This document shows, piece by piece, positions 56,722 through 64,000 of a stretch of DNA of 64,000 nt. The notes under the pieces are model-generated. The model saw nothing but the letters and a program-made list of their open reading frames with translations. It did not search any database and was not told the DNA's origin. Source of the DNA: Eledone cirrhosa (taxonomy: Eukaryota); assembly GCA_964016885.1 (NCBI GenBank), contig CAXHJY010001737.1, positions 62,001 through 126,000 on the forward strand, written 5' to 3'. Each line of letters opens with the position of its first letter. Position 1 is the stretch's first letter. A program made the translations under genes and the position numbers.

Positions 56722-57100
56722 TCCTTTGTCAGTGTTGAACAAACGAGCAACGATGGTTGCTAGACACTACGGCTTAATACGGGATGTTTGTTTACAAACA
56801 CACCGAGCATTATAATAAATGTTCGGTGAATCCATACGTACATATATATATATGTGTGCATGTAAGTATATATATATACATACTACTGAACGTCTGTATA
56901 CATATATGTATGTACGTGTACATACTTATATTTAAGTAACAGCCGTACTAAGAGTGGGAAATGAAATTTCGTTTCATTTTTTCCGTTTATCGTTTTCGGT
57001 GCACCCGGCCGATTAACCCACTCGATATGCAAATTGGGCTACTCAGCCGTTAATATGCATAAGGTAAGTATATACGTTCAACAAACTGGCAGGAAGGTAT

Positions 57101-57143
57101 ACGTTGCTGACGATAGCTAATAAGCTTGAAACTAGTACAGCGT
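57101..57143 (+). ncRNA. Type I hammerhead ribozyme (retrozyme unit 2)
   Basis: Identical to 56679-56721; cut after 57137. Confidence 0.9.
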
Positions 57144-57375
57144 TCCTTTGTCAGTGTTGAACAAACGAGCAACGATGGTTGCTAGACACTACGGCTTAAG
57201 ACGGGATGTTTGTTTACAAACACACCCAGCATTATAATAACTGTTCGGTGAATCCATACGTACATATATATATGTGTGCATGTATGTATATATATATAAA
57301 TACTACTGTACGTCTGTATACATATATGTATGTACGTGTACATACTTATATATATATATATAAACACATAAGCAT

Positions 57376-57473
<98 letters not shown>

Positions 57474-57495
57474 ATATATATAAACACATAAGCAT

Positions 57496-57537
<42 letters not shown>

Positions 57538-57547
57538 ACATAAGCAT

Positions 57548-57578
<31 letters not shown>

Positions 57579-57975
57579 AGACACAGACAAAGAAAAGCGA
57601 CGCAATATAGAATAAAAGTAAAGTTGGTCTGCGTAAAAATGTTTTCACTAAAATGATTTCTCCCCCGCAAACTTGATCATCGTTGCCGACATTTTGTTAC
57701 TTCGATTAGCTTTTCCGCCATTTTCTGTCCAAATAATTTCCTCTCTATCTCCTTTTTTCATCCCCATATATATATATATATAACTATTTATAATATATAT
57801 TCTATTTGCACCCACACTCCAGTGTATATATATATAAATATATGTATATATATATATTATATAAATATATATATATATAAAAATATATATATATATATAT
57901 AATAAAAAATTGAACAGGGACAGAACAGAGAGGCAGTACGACAAATGTTTATTAGCTTCACGCTCAGGAGAGTGG

Positions 57976-58073
<98 letters not shown>

Positions 58074-58224
58074 TATGTATATATATACACCATGTCTATA
58101 ACTAGCAAACCCCGCTCCACATTTAATGGTCACCATCATCATCATCTCCGCTTTATTCAACACGACAACGCTAATAGCTCTGCTCAATTTGTATATATAC
58201 ATATATATATACACATATATATAC

Positions 58225-58331
<107 letters not shown>

Positions 58332-58923
58332 CATATATATACATTCATATATATATATATATATATATGTGTATATATACATATATATATATGTTTATAT
58401 ACACACATATATATATATATATATATATTAGAAAGATCGAGTATCGAAAAATCGGCGCACGAGTTAACGAAAAACGAAATCCGATATGAGCGGCAGAGGG
58501 CTCAATAATTCAGATGAATCAGAGCTATAACTATCGTTAAAATACCGTCACATATAGAACAAGTCTACAATCAACCATACGATTTAAAATCGATAAAGGA
58601 AGATTCGGGCCAAACAAATAAAAAATATCAATAAAACAATACGTCAATAATTTAAATGAATGTAAAATCATACCCGGACCCACTAGAAAGGTGTTAAATC
58701 TAGCTTCATGGGTTTCTGTAAATCCTTAGACAGTACTCTATCAGCTCACATATAAATATAAAAGCCTACTAGAATAAGTGGAATGGAGTTTACGTCGTCA
58801 ACGAGTTTTATCCTGGCGGCAAAGGAGTCAACTAGCGGTGAAAAACGCACATGGCATTAGACAAGGGAGATGACCCCTATATCCGCGAAAATAATTCGAG
58901 TGAATGTGGAAATACACATATCG

Positions 58924-58958
<35 letters not shown>

Positions 58959-59059
58959 TGCGATATTTCTCTTTTGGAGATGTGGGGTTGTGAGTGAGGG
59001 TGTGAGATAGAGAATAGGTGTGAGAGGTAGAGAGACTGCGAAAGAGAGAGAGAGAGAGC

Positions 59060-59107
<48 letters not shown>

Positions 59108-59339
59108 CGTAGATAGAAAGAGAGAGGGGGAAGAGAGAGAAGCGTTTATTCATTCTACTAAATAGTAATCCAACCCATGATAATAATAATAATAATCGTA
59201 ACAACAACAACAACTAAAGTATTATTATTGCAGCTAAGTGTACTTACACTATACAATAGAAGCAACAACAATAGCAACAACATCAACATACACACATATA
59301 TAAAACTGCACATACCCAAGGCAGACACATCTGTATTCG

Positions 59340-59850
59340 GCAAGAAGAAGAAGGAGAAGAAGAAGAAGAAGAAGAAGAAGAAGAAGAAGAAGAAGAAGGA
59401 GAAGGAGAAGAAAAAGAAGAAGAAGAAGAAGAAGAAGAAGGAGGAGAAGAAGAAGGAGGAGAAGAAGAAGGAGGAGGAGGAGAAAAAGAAGAGAAGAAAA
59501 AGGAGAAGAAGAAAAATAAGAAGGAGAAGGAGAAGAAGAAAAAGAAGAAAGGAGGAGGAGGAGGAGGAGGAGGAGGAGAAAAAGAAGAGAAGAAAAAGAA
59601 GAAGAAGGAGAAGAAGAAGGAGGAGAAGAAGTGGGAGGAGGAGAAGAAGTGGGAGGAGGAGAAGAAGAAGAAGAAGAAGAAGAAGAAGGAGGAGGAGGAG
59701 AAAAAGAAGAGAAGTAAAAGAAGAAGAAGGAGAAGAAGAAGAAGGAGGAGGAGAAGGAGAAGAAAAAGAAGAAGGAGGAGGAGAAGGAGAAGAAGAAAAA
59801 GAAGAAGAAGGAGGAGGAGAAGGAGAAAGAGAAGACGAAGAAGAGGACAA
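59340..59850. repeat. (GAA/GGA)n polypurine tract
   Basis: Direct inspection. Confidence 0.95.
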
Positions 59851-60067
59851 CAACAACAATAATAATAATCATAATTTTCTCTACTCTTGACACAAGGCCA
59901 GCAATTAACCAGTGTATTACTGGTACTTTATTTTATCGACCCCGTAAGGATGAAAGGCAAAGTTAACCTCAGCGGGATTTGAACTCAGAATGGCAAGGGC
60001 CGTAACTCTATGCGTCAAAGCATGGCGTCCGACCCTCTACCGATACTGCCAAAAACCACACACCTAT

Positions 60068-60109
<42 letters not shown>

Positions 60110-60114
60110 GTGTG

Positions 60115-60180
<66 letters not shown>

Positions 60181-60208
60181 TATATATAGGCGTATCATAT
60201 AGGTGTGT

Positions 60209-60266
<58 letters not shown>

Positions 60267-60294
60267 TATATATAGGCGTATCATATAGGTGTGT

Positions 60295-60334
<40 letters not shown>

Positions 60335-60606
60335 TATATATAGGCGTATCATATAGGTGTGTATCATATATATATATACATATATATATATATACAGAGA
60401 GAGAGAGAGAGTGTGAGAGCGAGCGAGAGAGAGAGTGAGAGAGGAAGGCAGATAGATAGTGTGATTCAATGTGTGTGTGTGAGTGTGATTAACGCATGAA
60501 TACGTATTACATATTCCTGTTAGTGACTGAGTATATTAGCGTTGTTATTTCTATTTCTGACTAAGAAATTACTTTTTGTGAGTGTACACACACACACAGA
60601 CACACA

Positions 60607-60678
<72 letters not shown>

Positions 60679-60739
60679 AATATATATATTTATACACACC
60701 CACCCATATATACATATATATATTCATATATAAGTACAC

Positions 60740-60821
<82 letters not shown>

Positions 60822-60834
60822 ATATAGAGAGAGA

Positions 60835-61416
60835 TATGTATGTATACGTACATACATATATGTATACAGACGTACAATAGTATGTATATATATACATACA
60901 TGCACATATATATATATGCACGTATCGGTTTACCGAACATTTATTATAATTTCGTTTCATTCTATTCCATTTATCGTTTTCGGTGCGCCCGGCCGACTAA
61001 ACTCACTCGATATGCAAATTAGGCTGCTCAGCGGTTAATATGCATAAGGAAAGTATATACTTTCAGACGTTCAACCATCTGCCAGGAAGGTATACGATGC
61101 TGACGATAGCTAATAAGCTTGAAACTAGTACATCGTTCCTGTGAAAGTGTTGAACAAAAAGGTGACGTGGTTGGCTAAACACTGTACGGCGTAATTCGGG
61201 CTGTTTGTTTGTTTACAAACAAACCGAGCATTATAATAAATGTTCGTAAACCGATACGTGCATATATATATGTGTGCATGTATGTATATATATATACATA
61301 CTACTGTACGTCTGTAAACATATATGTATGTACGTATACATACATACATACTTACATTTAAGTAACTGCCGTACTAAGAGTGAGAAATGAAATTTCGTTT
61401 CATTCTATTCCATTTA
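60835..61416 (+). mobile_element. Retrozyme-family copy (about 1.1 unit) with a 5' inverted arm (60835-60950)
   Basis: Homologous to the 422-bp unit. The arm is the reverse complement of about 61230-61346. aatttcgtttcattctattccattta is repeated at both ends of the direct part. Confidence 0.85.
61094..61136 (+). ncRNA. Type I hammerhead ribozyme (retrozyme copy)
   Basis: acgatg CTGACGA tagctaataagctt GAAA ctag TA catcgt; compensatory change in stem I. Confidence 0.9.
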
Positions 61417-61451
61417 TATATATATATCATATATATATATATATATATAAT

Positions 61452-61511
<60 letters not shown>

Positions 61512-61875
61512 ATATATATACAAGAATACATACTCATGTACATATATATATTGTATATATATATGTCTAAGTCTAAAGTCTGTCTTAAGCCAGAAGGTTC
61601 ATTTGGCCGGTGCTTATCCCGGTATCATGGCGTGAAGCAACTGAGAGTACAAGACACCCCCCTGGACAGGATGCCAGTCCATCACAGGATTAAACCTCCA
61701 GCTATTGATGGTACTCATTTTCAGCTGAGTATACTGGAGCAACATGAAATGAAGTGTTTTGCTCAAGAACACAACACGCAGCCCAGGAATCGAACCCACG
61801 ACATTATGATTGTAAGTCCAACACTCTTGCCACTAGGCCACCTGCCTCCACTACGTATGTGTACACATACCCCCC

Positions 61876-61911
<36 letters not shown>

Positions 61912-61993
61912 TATGCAAATATTTAAGTATCCTTGTTTATATGTTTGTTTTTGTCGCTTTGGAGATTTATGTACTTACTTGTGTGTTTATGTA

Positions 61994-62098
<105 letters not shown>

Positions 62099-62364
62099 TA
62101 AGCAGAACAAGCAAGATTCAAACAATTCTTTAAAATAAATAAAAAAATATAATTTAAATATTTACCTATTCCAATTGCTTTTACCGATCGGTTTCACTTC
62201 ACAAAAGATTGGAGATCCATAGGGACCTCCAATGGAAAAGTTTAGATCATCAGAAAGCATTTTCATTTCCTAGGACTAAAAGTCTCAGGAACGGCAAAAT
62301 ATATTGCCAACTGCCAGCTAGCACAGTATCGAATGGGGCCGAAAATTTGACCTATGCATGAACC

Positions 62365-62455
<91 letters not shown>

Positions 62456-62460
<5 letters not shown>

Positions 62461-62513
62461 GTAAGTATGTATGTATACGTACATACATATATGTATACAG
62501 ACGTACAGTAGCA

Positions 62514-62553
<40 letters not shown>

Positions 62554-63102
62554 TATACACATATGCATACAGGTACACATACATATATGCACGCATCAGT
62601 TTAGCCGACGTTTATTATAACGCCTGCTTTGTTCGTTTGTTTGTCAACAAATCGAACAGCCTGAATTTATGTATGTATACATACATACATAAATTTATGT
62701 ACGTATACATACATACTTACATTTAAGTAAGTGCCATACTAAGAGTGAGAAATGAAATTTCGTTTTCATTTTTTTCAACTTATCGTTTTCGGTATGCCTG
62801 ACCAATTTAACTCACTCAATATGCAAATTAGGCTGCTCAGCCGTTACTTTTCATAAGGAAAGTATATACTTTCGAACGTTCAACTATCTGGCAGATGGGT
62901 AAACGGTGCTGATGATAGCTAACAAGCTTGAAACTAGTACATCGTTCCTGTGTCAGTGTTGAACAAAAAGGTGACGTGGTTGCCTTAACACCGTATGGCA
63001 TAAATTCAGGCTGTTCGATTTGTTGACAAACAAACGAACAAAGCAGGCGTTATAATAAACGTCGGCTAAACTGATGCGTGCATATATGTATGTGTACCTG
63101 TA

Positions 63103-63178
<76 letters not shown>

Positions 63179-63293
63179 TGCTACTGTACGTCTGTATACA
63201 TATATGTATGTACGCATACATACATACTTACATTTAAGTAAGTGGCATACTAAGAGTGAGAAATGAAATTTCGTTTTCATTTTTTTCAACTTA
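62456..63293 (+). mobile_element. Retrozyme-family copy (about 1.2 units) with a 5' inverted arm (62456-62671)
   Basis: The arm is the reverse complement of about 62999-63236; the direct part is homologous to the 422-bp unit. Confidence 0.85.
62902..62946 (+). ncRNA. Type I hammerhead ribozyme (retrozyme copy)
   Basis: aacggtg CTGATGA tagctaacaagctt GAAA ctag TA catcgtt. Confidence 0.9.
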
Positions 63294-63313
63294 TATATAT
63301 ATATATATATATA

Positions 63314-63519
63314 TAACGAAGGAAATGTGGTAAGGAACCAGATGGACCATAACGCACCAAAGTACTCAATACTTAAGGTAGTAGAGTGGGTAATAGGAAC
63401 GAGTAGGACCCCGACAGCTGAGCTGAAGCCGTTTCGACGGCTAATTCTGGACCAGAATTATATGGTCCAGAATTAGCCGTCGAAACGGCTTGAGCTCAGC
63501 CGTCGGGGTCCTACTCGTT

Positions 63520-63524
<5 letters not shown>
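63314..63524 (-). mobile_element. Fold-back mini-element, same family as 44457-44657
   Basis: Tail 63314-63392; arms at about 63393-63454 / 63463-63524 with 2 mismatches. Confidence 0.85.
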
Positions 63525-63561
<37 letters not shown>

Positions 63562-63563
63562 GG

Positions 63564-63595
<32 letters not shown>

Positions 63596-63597
63596 GG

Positions 63598-63628
<31 letters not shown>

Positions 63629-63727
63629 GTGTGCGTGTATGTATATATGGGTCAAGATTTTAACCAGCTTTAAACAAGTAAGACTATTATTCAGCTGAGT
63701 ACTCGATACTTGGAATCTTTAGGTCAC

Positions 63728-63817
63728 GGCTCTGATGAGGCGGCCTATTCACAGTAGGGAGTTTTACTGTTAGTCTGGAACTTGCTGTCGAAACGGTAAG
63801 AGCGCAACCGTGGAGCC
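63728..63817 (+). ncRNA. Hammerhead-like motif with long stem II and non-canonical cleavage triplet
   Basis: ggct CTGATGA ggcggc...gctgtc GAAA cggt aagagcgca accg TG g agcc. Shows the complete HHR form of the family at 44457/63314, whose copies have GTC. Confidence 0.6.
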
Positions 63818-64000
63818 CCGAATCACTCTTTGATAGTAGAATTGATGTACTAAATATTATAGTCCTGTGAAGGTTCTGGTGTTAGTAGTGGTGGTAGTAA
63901 TAAGGATAAAGACCCACTTCGGTCACGAATGACCACGGGATATGCACCTAGATGCACAAGTTCGGGCAAGATTGTTTGTGGAAGACGAACAATTGCCCAG

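Larger units (their letters stand above)
56310..57348 (+). mobile_element. Retrozyme-like tandem repeat: 422-bp unit, about 2.45 copies, one hammerhead per unit
   Basis: gtgttgaacaaacg at 56310, 56732 and 57154; no meaningful ORF; flanked by (TA)n. Confidence 0.88.

Noticed and set aside
58430-58930. Unique-looking inserts in (TA)n (also 57580-57770, 62140-62365)
   Set aside because: Probably TE fragments, but I found no termini, ORF or ribozyme to support a call.

Overview
Eukaryotic, AT-rich and microsatellite-saturated genomic DNA, probably octopus/cephalopod (inferred from the SINE repertoire and (TA)n density, not proven). The only host gene I can support is the 5' end of mitofusin on the minus strand (coding exons 3241-3430 and 1817-1946). 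A CpG-rich, probably bidirectional promoter lies near 9.5-9.9 kb. The rest is mobile DNA: two tRNA-derived SINE families, MITEs, a near full-length Tx1/L1 LINE, a CR1-group LINE, RTE/RLE remnants, and two Penelope-like elements (PLEs). The most interesting signal, found by folding the sequence by eye, is a dense set of type I hammerhead ribozymes (HHRs) from several families. (i) A non-coding 422-bp tandem repeat carries one intact HHR per unit (a retrozyme-like family, three loci, with stem covariation). (ii) Short fold-back 'arm + inverted arm + tail' inserts in (TA)n reproduce the end structure of the PLEs. (iii) One PLE has a 5'-inverted segment that starts at its own predicted HHR cleavage site. 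No database searches or folding programs were run; family names come from motif recognition.
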